In this document: positions 1-12,260 of the stretch, piece after piece
Layout: every line of letters starts with the position of its first letter
Position numbering within the stretch: the first letter of the stretch is position 1
Assembly: GCA_001643675.2 (NCBI GenBank)
Contig: LSRY02000051.1
Location: forward strand, 575,646-639,645
Origin: Monocercomonoides exilis PA203
Lineage: Eukaryota > Protista > Preaxostyla
Direction of reading: 5' to 3'
Length of the DNA: 64,000 nucleotides
Program-made: the position numbers and the translations under genes
Notes under the pieces: generated by a model
Told to the model about the DNA's origin: nothing
Seen by the model: only the letters and a program-made list of their open reading frames with translations
Databases searched by the model: none

Positions 1-371
1 ATAAAAATAAAAATATTTATAACCATTGGCTTGTAATCATGTAGAATATGCTTAAACTTTGGAGGCATTTGCATTTTTTTCATCAAATCTTCGTCTACCT
101 TTGGATGCATCTTTAATGAAAATATCTTAATTAACCGCACAAAAAACGCTTGTTAGAAAGCATTCAAACTTGATTTTTTAACTTTTATATTGCGAGATGA
201 AAAAAATAAGATAATATGATCAAATGAGAATCGAGCTTCTCAAAAAGAAAATGTATACAATCAACTTAACAATTTTCAAACAAAATTTCATTTAACAGAC
301 AATTGGTGGTGACAAATTGTTTTGATCATATCAACCACGAATAATATTTGTAACAATCATTTAAATTATAA

Positions 372-933
372 ATGGCTGCAGTTTTACCAACAGAAGCTAA
401 AAAGACTGGTTTTATTTTTAAAACTGATACTGCTATGCAAGATGCAGATATATTAGCAAAAATTAAAGGAGAAGGAATTCCATTAGTGCATTTTGAGTTT
501 GTTTCTTCATATCTTTGGATATTTTCATTTCACATTAACATAAAACTGTTCTCATAGCGCAACAGAATGGTCGGATGCTAGTAAAATGGAAGCAGCTTTT
601 AAAGCATCTTTTCCAAATCAAGAAACACGTATGAACAAACAGTAAATAATTATTTATTCAATTTTTATCCTATTATTTAAAGCATTTTTGGCAGGTAAAT
701 TCAAGCAAGACGGACAAATTATTGTTGTTTCTGGAATTTCACCATCAAATATGGATTCAATCACATTTTTAGTAATTACTTTGTCACATATCTTTACACA
801 AATGGAAGAATCAGAAACAAATCCACGTCAAAAGCCGTGTGCCATTGTTTTAAAAGGATGGCCAATCGATTTCATTGGAATGGCGTTAGAGTCGGGAGCT
901 GAACTTCGCTTTGCAGTGGAGCCTTTACCTTAA
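372..933 (+). CDS. Small 148-aa protein, 3 exons (372-496, 558-628, 683-933); weak resemblance to the barstar-like fold
   Basis: GT-AG introns 497-557 and 629-682 join the ORF pieces in frame: ...GIPLVHFDATEWSDASKMEAAFKASFPNQETPFLAGKFKQ...EPLP*. Family call is by eye only. Confidence 0.65.
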
Positions 934-1347
934 ATTTCGATATGAAAACAAGTAATTATTTTTTTGATTAATTTTTTGGATGATACAGATATGATGCTGT
1001 GAAGTTGTTCGATTTTCTCCATTTTTTTGCACTTCATAAGTTTTGCAGCATTATTATGTATCCTCGTAACCAGGAAAAAATCAATCATTTTTTGTTGGCA
1101 TTTTTCTTGATGTTTTTCAAAAACAAATTTTAACAACAATAAAAGAGTGTTTTTTCTTCCCCAATTTGTTATTTTTCGTGATTATTATATGCACTCAAGT
1201 TTAAATGGATTATTTTTCATTTATCAAACGTATATTATATTCGAAATATTCTTTAGCAGAATAATATAATTTTATTCATATCTATAAAGTATAATGGTGC
1301 ATTTCAGTTTCTTTTTTTATTTTTTCAGTCAAGTTTAGCATCTATTG

Positions 1348-2838
1348 ATGGCTACTCCATCAGATTCTGGACCTTATGAATATGATTTAATTGTGATTGG
1401 AGGAGGTAGCGGAGGAGTTGCTTGCGCTAAGGCTGCTGGTGATGCAGGAGCAAAAGTTCTTTGTTTTGATTATGTGACTCCCTCTCCACGTGGTACATCT
1501 TGGGGATTGGGAGGAACATGTGTTAATGTTGGCTGCATTCCCAAGAAGCTGATGCACAGAGCCGCAGCAATCGGTGGAGATATTGCAGATGCACCTTCTT
1601 TTGGATGGGAAGGTGTTGACCGTAAAGCAGCAAAAATTAACTGGTCAGAGCTCGTACAACGTGTGCAAAACCATGTTCGCAGATTGAGTTTTGGCTATAG
1701 AGGAGAACTTAGGTCCAAAGGTGTAACATATATTCCAGCCATTGCATCATTCAAAGATCCTCACACTATTGCTTATAAACAAAGAGGTGAAGAGAAAACA
1801 GTTACAGGGAAATACATTGTCATCGCATGCGGTGGACGACCAACATATCCTGATGTTCCTGGAGCAAAAGAATACTGTATTACGTCTGATGATCTGTTTT
1901 CATTATCCACAGAACCAGGGAAAGTTTTATGTGTTGGAGCTTCATACGTTTCATTGGAATGTGCAGGATTTCTCACTGAACTCGGATTCGATACAACTGT
2001 GATGGTACGATCGATTTTGTTGAGAGGATTCGATCAGGAGATAGCAGAGAAAGTTGGAGCATATATGGAAGAGCACGGAACAAAATTCCAGAAAGAGCAG
2101 ACACCAGTTGCATTTGCTAAGAAAGAAGATGGAAAAATTATTGTAAAATCAACAGGAAAACTTGGAGACAAAGAGGAAGAATTTGACACAGTGCTTCTTG
2201 CAACTGGAAGAACACCTGTTTCTGAAGCACTGAATCTTGAAGCTGCTGGAGTGAAAATGGACGCACGAACAAAGAAAATACCAGTTGATAAAACGGCAGC
2301 AACAAATGTGCCGTTCATCTACTGCATTGGTGATGCTCAGCTAGGAGCACCAGAGCTGACACCAACTGCAATTCTGAGTGGAAAGATTCTTGCGAAGCGT
2401 TTGTTTGGAGGAAGCCTGGAGGAGATGGTATACACAAATGTTCCAACAGCAGTATTTACACCACTCGAATACGGGTCAATTGGCTTGCCCGAAGAGAATG
2501 CGAAGGCCATTGTGGGTGAAAGCAACGTGGTTGTCTATCACGGCTCGTTCACTCCGCTTGAGTGGGCAATCAGCGACGAGCGGAGCCATGAGGGAGAAGG
2601 ATATGTGAAGGTTATATGCGACAAGACCCGCGAAGAGACTGTCATGGGACTGCACTATTTGGGTCCAAATGCAGCTGAGGTGATCAACGGCTGGGCTCCA
2701 TCGCTGCGGCTTGGCGTGAGGAAGAGAGATTTGGAGCGTGTGGTGGGGATCCATCCGTGCTGTGCTGAAGAAATAAACAATGTCTCTGTGATAAAGGGAT
2801 CTGGCGTTTCAGAGGCAAAAGGTGGCTGCTGAGGATAA
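1348..2838 (+). CDS. TXNRD: High-Mr (animal-type) thioredoxin reductase, selenoprotein with C-terminal Gly-Cys-Sec-Gly
   Basis: GGGSGG FAD motif, CVNVGC redox centre, GASYVSLE NADPH site, HPxxAEE motif. 3' end reads GGT GGC TGC TGA(2830-2832) GGA TAA(2836-2838). Intronless; ATG at 1348. Confidence 0.95.
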
Positions 2839-3130
2839 AGGCGCGAGGTTAACACTTCTGAAGAGGAGAGAGGAGGAGAGTAAGAAAGAGTGTGTGTAGA
2901 GTTAGATGGACTTAGAAAGACAGAGGAATCTTAAAGAATTGGTGGGGAAAATCGTTTCCGTTGATTCACTGATTTCTTTGTTTTTCTATGTTCTGGTGAT
3001 TGGAGAGATTGACAGAAGTACCTCGCGCCCGATGACCTATTTACAAATTGATGCTGCTGTGATCTTTTTCGGACAAAATAAATCTTTTTTTATCTTTCTG
3101 ATAGAATATTTGCGCATTGCATCTCAGCAT

Positions 3131-3218
3131 TTCTGATGAGGATGGCCTAAACACAATTTTTGGTGCGACCAATGCAGCGTGGAGACTCAACAAAAGTCAC
3201 ATGCTGTTCCTCTGATTC
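3131..3218 (+). promoter_or_regulatory. Candidate non-canonical SECIS (K-turn) element in the TrxR 3' UTR
   Basis: UGAU (3134-3137) opposite UGAU (3213-3216) gives the tandem G.A/A.G quartet. GAGGA-UGGC pairs with GCUGU-UCCUC. AAA lies 12 nt after the UGA. The apical part is unusually long and a lower helix is not obvious. Confidence 0.4.
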
Positions 3219-3827
3219 TCTTCCTCTGCGTTCCACTGCCCTGCTCCTCAGCCACGTGCAATTCCTCTCACAGCAGCAGTGGCGGCAGGCGTGTTATGCA
3301 GACAGAGTGCGTTGCATTGAATAACTTGAATTGTTGTGTGCAATTGATAAAAGAACGGAATCGTGAAAAGAGGTGGAATGTACTTGTCACATTTACTTTA
3401 TTCTTTTTTCCGTAGTTTTTTTATCATTCTGGAGGAAATGAGCATTTGCATGCTTTTCTTCATTTCCAGAATTGCATTCAGCATTCATTCATGCTTTCGC
3501 AGCAGAGACGTTGCGTAATTGTTTTATCAGATTTGTAGATCGTCTTTATTTCAATTATATTTTATCATTTGTTCAATTTGCTTTTCAATAACGAAATCGT
3601 TCAACTTTCCACAATTAACAAGAATCATTTTTATTTTTTTTTTTCATATTTTGGTTTATGAAGGAGTAAATTATAAATGGCTGCAAAACTAATAAGTTAT
3701 TCCTAAAATTGAAAATTTTTATTTGTATATAAATGAACATTCGAATATCAATTAAAAAAAGGTAGTCAAAACGAAATAACAAAGAAATGAAAATATGAAT
3801 ATTTCATTATAAGTTCAGATCAGATCA

Positions 3828-4607
3828 ATGAGCAAACAAATCGCCAAAGATTCTCAAGAAGCCGTTCTTATCAAAAGTCACAACTGGAAAAAATTGATTG
3901 AATTATGTATCGATAAACAAGTTGATGTTTGCTTGTATTTTTTGAGATTTATTTTAATGGTCAATTTATGCATTTGAAAATTTCATTTTCATTGAATCAA
4001 CAAACTTTCAATTTTTCTATATTAATATATTGAATATAAAATACAACAGGGAGAAAATATTGAATATTGGTTGATAATACAATATTTCTGTCACCTCATT
4101 CAAGGCGAAGGAGATGAAGCGCGTGTTCTTTCTTCCAGAGCCGATTACGCGTGTCCAAAATCCCCGTATCTGGAACAATTGAAGATGATCACTTTAGCAT
4201 TTAACAATAGAGATTTCTCAACATATTTCTCATTGTTTGGAAATTTGCCAAAAAATGACTCGTTTGCAGAGCTGGCCATTATCGCCCAACAGTCCGTAAG
4301 AGAAAGGAACGCAGCACTTCTTGAAATGAATTGTGCAACTATTTCTCTTGCCGTCACTTCAGAATATTGCGGTCTACCTTCGGAGGAAGTTTTTAAATGT
4401 TTGACTTTTTTCAAAAACAATATTTATCAATTTTTTCTTTTATCATTAGATGTGAAAGCAAGAGGATGGACTTATGATTATTCTACTAAATTTTTTACTA
4501 TACCGCGTGAAATCCAGACACAAGCACGTCTTCAATCCACAAAATCCACTATTGATGAGTCAGCCTTCATGTCGGCGTTAACTTCCATTCTAGCTTCAAG
4601 CAAATAA
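3828..4607 (+). CDS. CSN8: COP9 signalosome subunit 8-like (CSN8/PSMD8/eIF3K PCI family); exons 3828-3926, 4050-4398, 4450-4607
   Basis: Spliced product MSKQ...QVD|GENIEYWLIIQYFCHLIQGEGDEARVL...SVRERNAALL...ISL...GLPSEEVFKY VKARGW matches the CSN8 pattern; GTTTG..AG introns. Confidence 0.7.
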
Positions 4608-4868
4608 TTCGTTTTTATCAAATTTTTATTTCTTAAATTTTTATATTAATGTGACAGAACGAAATTGTGTTTTTTTTTTAACTGTTACAAATTAAATTAG
4701 AAAAAAAATCGAAAATTCACAACTTTCCACAAAAAGATCAAATTATATCATTCTTATGTTTGTTTTCGTATCATGTGCATTCTCTTCAATTCATAAAAAA
4801 CCATACTATTTTTTGTTTGCTTGCTTTTGAGTTCTCATTTAAAAGAGAAAAGAAAAAATTAGTCGTAA

Positions 4869-7745
4869 ATGTGGGAAGGAAATTTTCGTATTTTGTCATC
4901 ATCGATTGACGCGCTAATAGAAAGGAATGCTTCACTGGAAACCATTCTTGATGAAGAAGATATAATTGATGAATTTACAATTGAAAATGAAAAACTTTTA
5001 GAATAGTTTGAAATTTATTTAATCAAAAAACGACTTTCCTTCTATGATTTTGCATTTTCTGATGCGATTTTTCATTTATAGTTTGGGGAAACCAGAAATT
5101 ATTGAACAATTGTTTCATTTTCTGACTCAAGAAATAACAGTGTATGATGAAAAAAAGAGATTTCGATTACCATATCTAGCTGGAGAAATTATATCTTCTC
5201 CGAAACAAGCAATTCACGAAGCACTGAAATCAGAGAAAGTTCTTGACACAGTTATTGAATGGCTGAAAGACCCCAGACTTCCTCAAGCTGTCTATGCAAC
5301 GAACATGAAGAAACCTGTTATAAATGTAATACTTAGCAATAACGATGCAGTTTGAATTACATTTTTGTTTTATTTTCTTTGCTTTGTCAAATCAAATTTT
5401 GAGTAGTTTTTCAAAAGATGGAAGGAAGAAGCTATTTGTGATTGCATGCTCAAAAAAGTTACTGTTTTTCCAATAGCCGAATTATTGATTGATATCTTTG
5501 AAATTATCTATACTCTTTTTGGACCGAAAGATCTTGAAAATGTTTGCACTCACTTTTTTTTCAATTTTTTAAATCAATATGTTTTTGCATGCATATATAA
5601 TTATTGTAGATACTTATAGAAACTGATTTTGTTTCGTCATGCGTTATCGCATTAAAAGCCCCAAAGCAGTCAATTTCAAATTGCTTTAACATTATTCATA
5701 TTTTGAATAATGTTCTTGGGCTGTTTATTCCAGATCCAATATTGGATGGTGTTTTTGGGTCTGACCCAGAGGAAGATATGAATAATCAATCAGAGGAAGA
5801 TGGAATAGGATCTTCTTCTGTGAATCAATTATCTCGTTATCCACTTTCGCCTTCTTCTGTTGTTGATGTGCTGAAAAAATCATCTCATTTTAATGATTTA
5901 ATTGATTTATGCTTCCCTCAACCAATCTCATTTGTTGCAGCCCCAAACAACTTAAGACCATCTTTATCACTATTTTTATTTCTTCTTACACTCCAAGTCC
6001 CAAACAATCCTTCGCAACAAGCAATATCTGACGAAGAAGGGACTAACAATGAATCTGCAGCCAGCTGCAACGTTATCACATCTTTTGTGTTTGAAACTGT
6101 TGTTCCTCGGCTTCCTCTTCTTATTCCATGGCTTTCATTCACTCAAACTACTTCAGATGATAAATCTGACGTTCAATCATCATCTTTTTCATCGTCGTCC
6201 ACTTCACCCACTTCATCAACAACTTCTGTTCTCCCACAAAATTTGAATGACAATCAAAAAAACAACCTTCTTTCACTTCGCACAAAGATTGCTGAATTGG
6301 TAGCAACACTTGTTGTAGTTGCACCAAGCGAGCATCTTTTAAACACTTTTCTTGTTCCATATTCAGAGGCATGTCGCACATCACATGGAGATCAGATGGC
6401 TCAAAGTACTCTTCTCACTTCGGCTGTAGATGAATATGGATTCCGCACACTTTTAGATTCATTTCTATATCTTTTCAGCAATTATCCATCATGTTCTATA
6501 CTTCTTTCTAGTATTTCTCAGATCTTTCAGCATATTCTTTCCTTGCCTGCCAATCAGGAATCTTCTGAGAGCAACATTTTAACTCAGAAACTGTTAGAAG
6601 CACTTCTCTGGGGCAAAGAAGAAGAGCAAGAGAATGACAAAAACAAAGAATCGATTACAAATTCCAAGGGACTTGCAGAGATTATGATAGAAGGATTTGA
6701 GAATGAGAAAATAGAAAGAGCGAAAAGGATGAAAGAAAGAGAAGAGAAGAAGCTAAAACAAAATGAAATCAACAAACGAAAATTGGAGCGGATCCAAAGG
6801 ATATCTGAAGCATCTGAGCAAGACATCGAACACATCCTCAGAGAATACGACGAACGACGAGAAAAACGAGAGGAAGAACAAAAACGAATTGAAGTGGAAG
6901 AAAAAGAAAAGGGAATTGTTAGAAGCGTGCTTTCAACACCGTTCATTGCGCATTCTATTCGTTTCTGCTCAATTCTATTCGATCCTGATTTTCCTTTGTC
7001 ATCTTCATCTTGTGCATCCTCCGACAAGCACAAGAGTCTTCTTTCTCATTTACAAATTTTATATCAAGAAAGAGGTGCAAATGTGATAGAAAAACAGAAC
7101 CGTCCAGCCAAAGTGCCTGTTGGAGAGCAGAAGTCGCTCTATGCTCCTCTTATAGCATCGCTCAAGAAGAGCAACAATGCACAGGATAGACAGCTTGTGC
7201 AGGCGCTTATGTCATTTGCACAAGAGAGCGAGCAGCTCGGGATGGAGGACGGGATGAAGGAAGGAGAGAATGCTGGGGAGGCAGATGATGGAAGCGAGTT
7301 GAGACTGATAAAAGAAATGGAAGAGAGAATACAGAGCGAAGAAGACAGAGAAAGAGAAGATTGGGCGAGAAGCGAGAAATTGGGCCTTCCAACAGGAGAT
7401 GCACTGAAACAGGGAGTCGATGGGAACTTCCAAAATGGCAAAGCAGAAAAAGAGGAGATTCAAGGAGAGTGTTCAAAAGAAGGAAATTCAACTGACGAGG
7501 AAGCAAGCGACTCATCAGATTTGTCAAAAACTGTACGAATGAATGGCAGCCAATGGTTGCTTATGAAGGACTTTAATCGAAACATAAGGAGAGAAGATGC
7601 TTCTTCTTCGAATGTACCTGAAGTGCCCACTCCTCCAACGTTGGAATCTATCATGGCAGAGCCAGATGAAGAGGATTTTGAAGAGACAATTACTCTTGAA
7701 GAGATTATGAATGAAAAAGACGAAATTGACGAATTGTTGAATTGA
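4869..7745 (+). CDS. SIT4/PP6 phosphatase-associated protein (SAPS/PPP6R family), multi-exon
   Basis: N-terminus SSIDALIERNASLETILDEEDIIDEF..ENEKLLEY|LGKPEIIEQL..KKRFRLPYLAGEII is the SAPS signature; acidic C-tail in ORF 5703-7745. Confidence 0.8.
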
Positions 7746-7878
7746 GCAAAGTATTTCAATAACTTTTGTTTTGTTTTGTTATAATTTTAGTATCATTTCT
7801 TTATGTTTAAAGACATTTTTGTGAAAAACAATGTTTGAAAAGTATTGATCTTTTCCATACTGGAACTTGCGTGTTTGC

Positions 7879-9835
7879 ATGCAAAGAGAATTTCCTCTTG
7901 TTTTTGTACCAGAATGCGCTAAGAACCAGCAACATTTCGTTATTCAATTTAACCCTCACAAATTTGAGAGGTCTGATATGCGTGATCCAACAGCAATTGA
8001 GGTGACCCAAGTGTCAAGGGGTTCATTAAAACAGTTTTCTATTCACACGCAGCGAGGTTCTCATAATAGTCAGCCTGCAGGGGATGAAAGCACATGTTAT
8101 GCCTTTTTGCAGAGAACGGTATCTGTTTTTTATATTTGCTAATTTCTCGAAATAATACAATATTTGCTTTGAACGTTTAGAGAGAGGGATATCAATTGTG
8201 TCCATGCGAATCGTGGTTCCAAATGGCACCTGCAATCACTTATTCGACTCCTTCAATTGAGGAAGCCGAAGAGAGTGTTTGCATATTTTTGATGAATTTA
8301 TTTTTGTTGCCAATATCTTTTTTGTATCTGTATAAAGATCAAAGAAGGCTTGCTTACTGTCCCCTTAAAATGGAAAGACAAACTACAGCCAAAGATTGTC
8401 GAAGAACAAACACCTGGTGTGAGCTCTTTTCTGAAAAAGGGTTGTTGAATTTGTTGTTTTGAAACATTTCATTGCTAATGCTTCAAAATGTGCGTGCTGC
8501 ACATGATCACGGTTCATTTAACTTCAAGATGAAGGCGAGATGCCTTCTTCATCGTCTTCAAAAAAATATAAACCATCAGCTGCTTCTTCCAAGACTCAAA
8601 GCTGTATGTCTTTTTTTAACAAGCATGTTTTTTGTACAAAGCGAATAACTTGAATTTACATTTAAATTTTAACAGATCAGTTTCATTCACTTGAATCAGA
8701 TGTCTTCCGTAGCTTGAAAACTGGAGAGCAGCGAAAAGATGAAGAAGAGGACGATCCAGACATGGAGGTGGAAATACCTGATGATGACGAAGGCAATGTC
8801 GATCTGCTGTCGTCTGCTGCAGAAGCACCAAAAGAAGACAAAAAAGCGAAGCGGCGAACGTCAACGAGGAGAGGTAGGCGTACTGGTGCGATGGACGAAG
8901 AGGAAGAGGATGAAGAAGAAGATGACGATGAAGAAAACGAAAGGTTGCTTTCACTGAAGAAGAAAGCAGTGGAGAAAGGGTTTGAGGAAAAAGAAGGCGA
9001 AATGGAAAAGGAAGAGAAGGAGATTTTGGAAGTGAAAGAGAGGTTGGAAGATGACTTTGACTCGGATGAGAATGATGAAGACGAAGATGACGACGACGAC
9101 GATGATGATGGAGAAGTTTGCTTTTTATTTATTTGATGAATGTTATTGACGAAGTGATACATTTAATGAAATCATTCTTTTTTATTGAACTTATTCTGCT
9201 TTTTTATCTTGATTGGACTTTTTGGCATTTCCAGTCTGATGAGGCGATTGACAAGCAGATGTCGCGGAGGATTGGCAGAATTGGCGATGAGATCTCTCCT
9301 TCCTCTTCAAAAGAGAAAAAGGCACGTGCAAGCAGAAATGCAAGGTATGCTTTTCTTATTTAATAATAATTAATTCGTTTCTATTTTGAAATCGTATTGA
9401 CTTATATTTCTGTTATTGTGTCTTGCTGAATGACGAATGCTTCCACATCTCAGACCATCACCAGGCGAAGGGAGAAAACTGAAAAGTCGCTCTGCTTCAC
9501 CATCATCTGCCACCACGCCCACTTCATCTCCTACTCCTTCATCTTCTTCTTCCTCCTCTTCTTCTTCTATCTCTTCTTCTCGGAATCGTGCTGCAGACAC
9601 ACGAGCGCAGCCAATGGCGATGGCCACATCTTCGTCTTCTTCGTCAGGCATCACCCGAATCACCGATGAAGAATTTGTGATGACACTCACACGCCACCAG
9701 CCCATCACCCTGCGCGCACTCACACTCATCTTCTCGTCCAGACTGAAGGCACCAGAGCAGAAGGAACGATACAAACAGCTCATCAGAACATACGCAAAGA
9801 AGACACCAGATGATAAGCTTGTGCTGAGAAAGTGA
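7879..9835 (+). CDS. GTF2F1: General transcription factor IIF large subunit (RAP74/Tfg1), multi-exon
   Basis: GYQLCPCESWFQMAPAITYSTPSIEEAEE resembles the RAP74 'WYNF..P....TL.EEAEE' motif; acidic middle; C-terminal winged helix ITDEEFVMTLTRHQPITLRAL...FSSRLK. Internal exon borders approximate. Confidence 0.75.
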
Positions 9836-10184
9836 GTGTGTTGATGTTCCACATTCTGTATGAGATTTGATTGATTGCTTAATCAGAAAAATCATCTCAC
9901 TTCACAAAAAAACTATTCATTTTATTTTTTTTTTCAGAAAGAAAGCAAAGTTTCACTTCACCTGGCGTGTTGTTCTTTCGAAAAGAAAAGCAAAATAAAA
10001 TAAAAAAACAGCACGTTGGGAAACAAACAAAAAAAATGAGAGTGATGAAAGAAGAATAAACTTATAAAAGATTTGCAATCAATTAAAATCTAGTTAAAAA
10101 CAAAATATCGGATGAGTTGAGTAAAGATGAATGAAACGACTTGAAGCTGACGAAGTGCGAGAGACGTGAAGAAAATACCAACAA

Positions 10185-12158
10185 TCAAGCGCGTTCAGCC
10201 ACTCTTTCTGCCTGCCTTGACGCAGCAGTGGTGGATGAGACTGAGATTGTGGCTGGCCTGACCATCAGCAGTGGGTTGTCAGGGGATGTGATTGAGTCAG
10301 TCACTTTCATCGAGTCCAGATACTCCACCACAATCTGCTGCAGTGCTGCATTCTCTGCCTTCATCCGCTCGTACTCGTGCTCAATGGCCATCTTGTCCAG
10401 CAGCACTTTGTTCGCTTTCTTGAAGAACTGGTTCAGCTGCGACCAGTCTGTCGCCATTGAGTCTCCTCTTGCCTCTGCGTCTTCGCCTTCTCCAGTTGGG
10501 CTGGCTGAGACAGAAGAAGAAGAAGAAGATACATTTGCAGAAGACGACGGTGCGAGTGAAATGCCCATTGCCGCCTCCATCTCCTCGTCCATGCGTGCGA
10601 GCCTCTCCTGTATTTCCGGGTCAGTCTCTGCGAGGATGGGGAAGAATGGGGTGACCTTCTCCCTCTCTGTCTCGAGGTGCCTATTCAGCTCAGCCACCAT
10701 AATCAGATGGTCAGCCAGGTCGATCCGCTCCTGCAGCCGCCGCGTCACCTCGCGCGACTGCATCGTCAGCTCCTTCAGGCGCTCCTGCTGGCTCTCGTGG
10801 AACAGCGCCATCTTCTGCTTCAGCTCGTGGTAGTGCTTGCTGATCGCATCCCGCTCCCGCGCCAGCGCCTCGTTCCTTTCTGTATACTCCTTCACTGTGT
10901 TCTGGATCTTCTTCTTCACCCGCTGGAACTGCTCCTGGTTGCGACGGATCTGCCGGATCAGCGCTGCAATCTCTTCAGCATCAATCTGAAGATGGTTGTG
11001 AATAATAGCAAAGCAATAAATTTTTAATTTAATAAGAAGAATTGTCGATTGTTTTTATTATAATAATTATTATACCTGCTCTTTCTTTGCGTATAGTCTG
11101 AATTCCTGCGTTTGCTTTTCTGTGTTTGAAATATATTTTTTGTGAAGCTAATAAATAGATTTAAATGTGAATAAGAATCAGAAAATAAATGGAATATTTA
11201 AAAGTGATAAAACAAAAAATATTTAACAACCTCCGACAAGGCATTTGTCAAGATATCAATCGTTCTTGTTAAATCAGACTTGCTCCTCATAAGATCGTTC
11301 CTTTGTTGTTCTTCAAGCGCTTTTTTCTCTTCTTCAAATGCCTTCTTGTCCTCTGCCATTTCTTCGTTAAATCGTTGATCCATCATTTGCAGAATTTTCA
11401 GCAATTCCTCTTTTTGAGCTTCATGACGCTTCATGATAACAACTCTACATATATTAAGAACATTGAAAATAATAGAGTAATTACCCCAAGACTAAGTACT
11501 TTGTTATTATTATTTTATTACACCTTTCATCTTCATGGGCTTTAGTTATGTCTTCTGTATCTTCAAGCATCTCTGATTCAAGGACTTGAAATCGTTCTTG
11601 TTGGATTTGAATAAGGTTGTCAAGATTGCTTAGATGACTTCTCAATGCTTTTTGATATCTTCATTTTAACAAAAAGATCATTACATGCAAAGATAAAAAA
11701 TTCTTAACAAAGAATTCAAACTGTCGCTCGGCTTCTTCCAAATCTCTGAATAAAGATTCGATAATAGCATCACGTTGATCAATCTAACAAAATAAACCGG
11801 AAGCGAACATGACTTATCTATATTTAATAAAATGAAACAAAATGTGTACTTTTCTCTCATATGTTTGGCTCACAATATCAGCTTCTTCTTCAAGTTCTTT
11901 CTTTTTCGCTTGTCTAGCCCGCTGTCTAACATCTGCTAATGTAAGTGCGGCATTTCTCTTTGCCACACTTTCTTCATCCTTCTGTTTTTTTAGTTGTGCT
12001 TTTCTTTCTTCCTCCTCCTTTCTTCTTCTTTCTTCTTCTTTCATCAGCATTTCAGCCTCCAATCTGGCACGTTTCTCTTCATCTGTCTCAACAATTCTTT
12101 TTCCCTTTCCCTTTTTTCCCTTTTTCCCTGCTCCTCCTTTTTTTGCTTTTTTTGCCAT
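10185..12158 (-). CDS. DRC2: Dynein regulatory complex subunit 2 (CCDC65), multi-exon
   Basis: SQTYERK|IDQRDAIIESLFRDLEEAERQ|YQKALRSHLSNLDNL, plus LETEREKVTPF, LNQFFKKANKVLLDK and YLDSMKV...NPL: DRC2 motifs. Confidence 0.85.
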
Positions 12159-12260
12159 TCAAAAGGATAAGGCAATTTTTATATGAACGGTACCCATCAT
12201 AACTTTCTTCTCTCAAACAATTGATCAATACAACCCATGACATTTTTGGGTTTTTGATAA

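Noticed and set aside
3031-3110. Canonical SECIS at AUGA 3032 or GUGA 3059
   Set aside because: Helix II does not pair for the first; the second lacks a 3' GA in register.
3133-3168. Hammerhead ribozyme (CUGAUGA-GG..CC-UAAAC)
   Set aside because: The required GAAA is UAAA, and there is no NUH cleavage triplet after the putative stem III.
3100-3200. U2 or U4 snRNA suggested by the Sm-like AAUUUUUGG
   Set aside because: No U2 branch-point recognition sequence (GUAGUA) and no convincing U6-pairing region.
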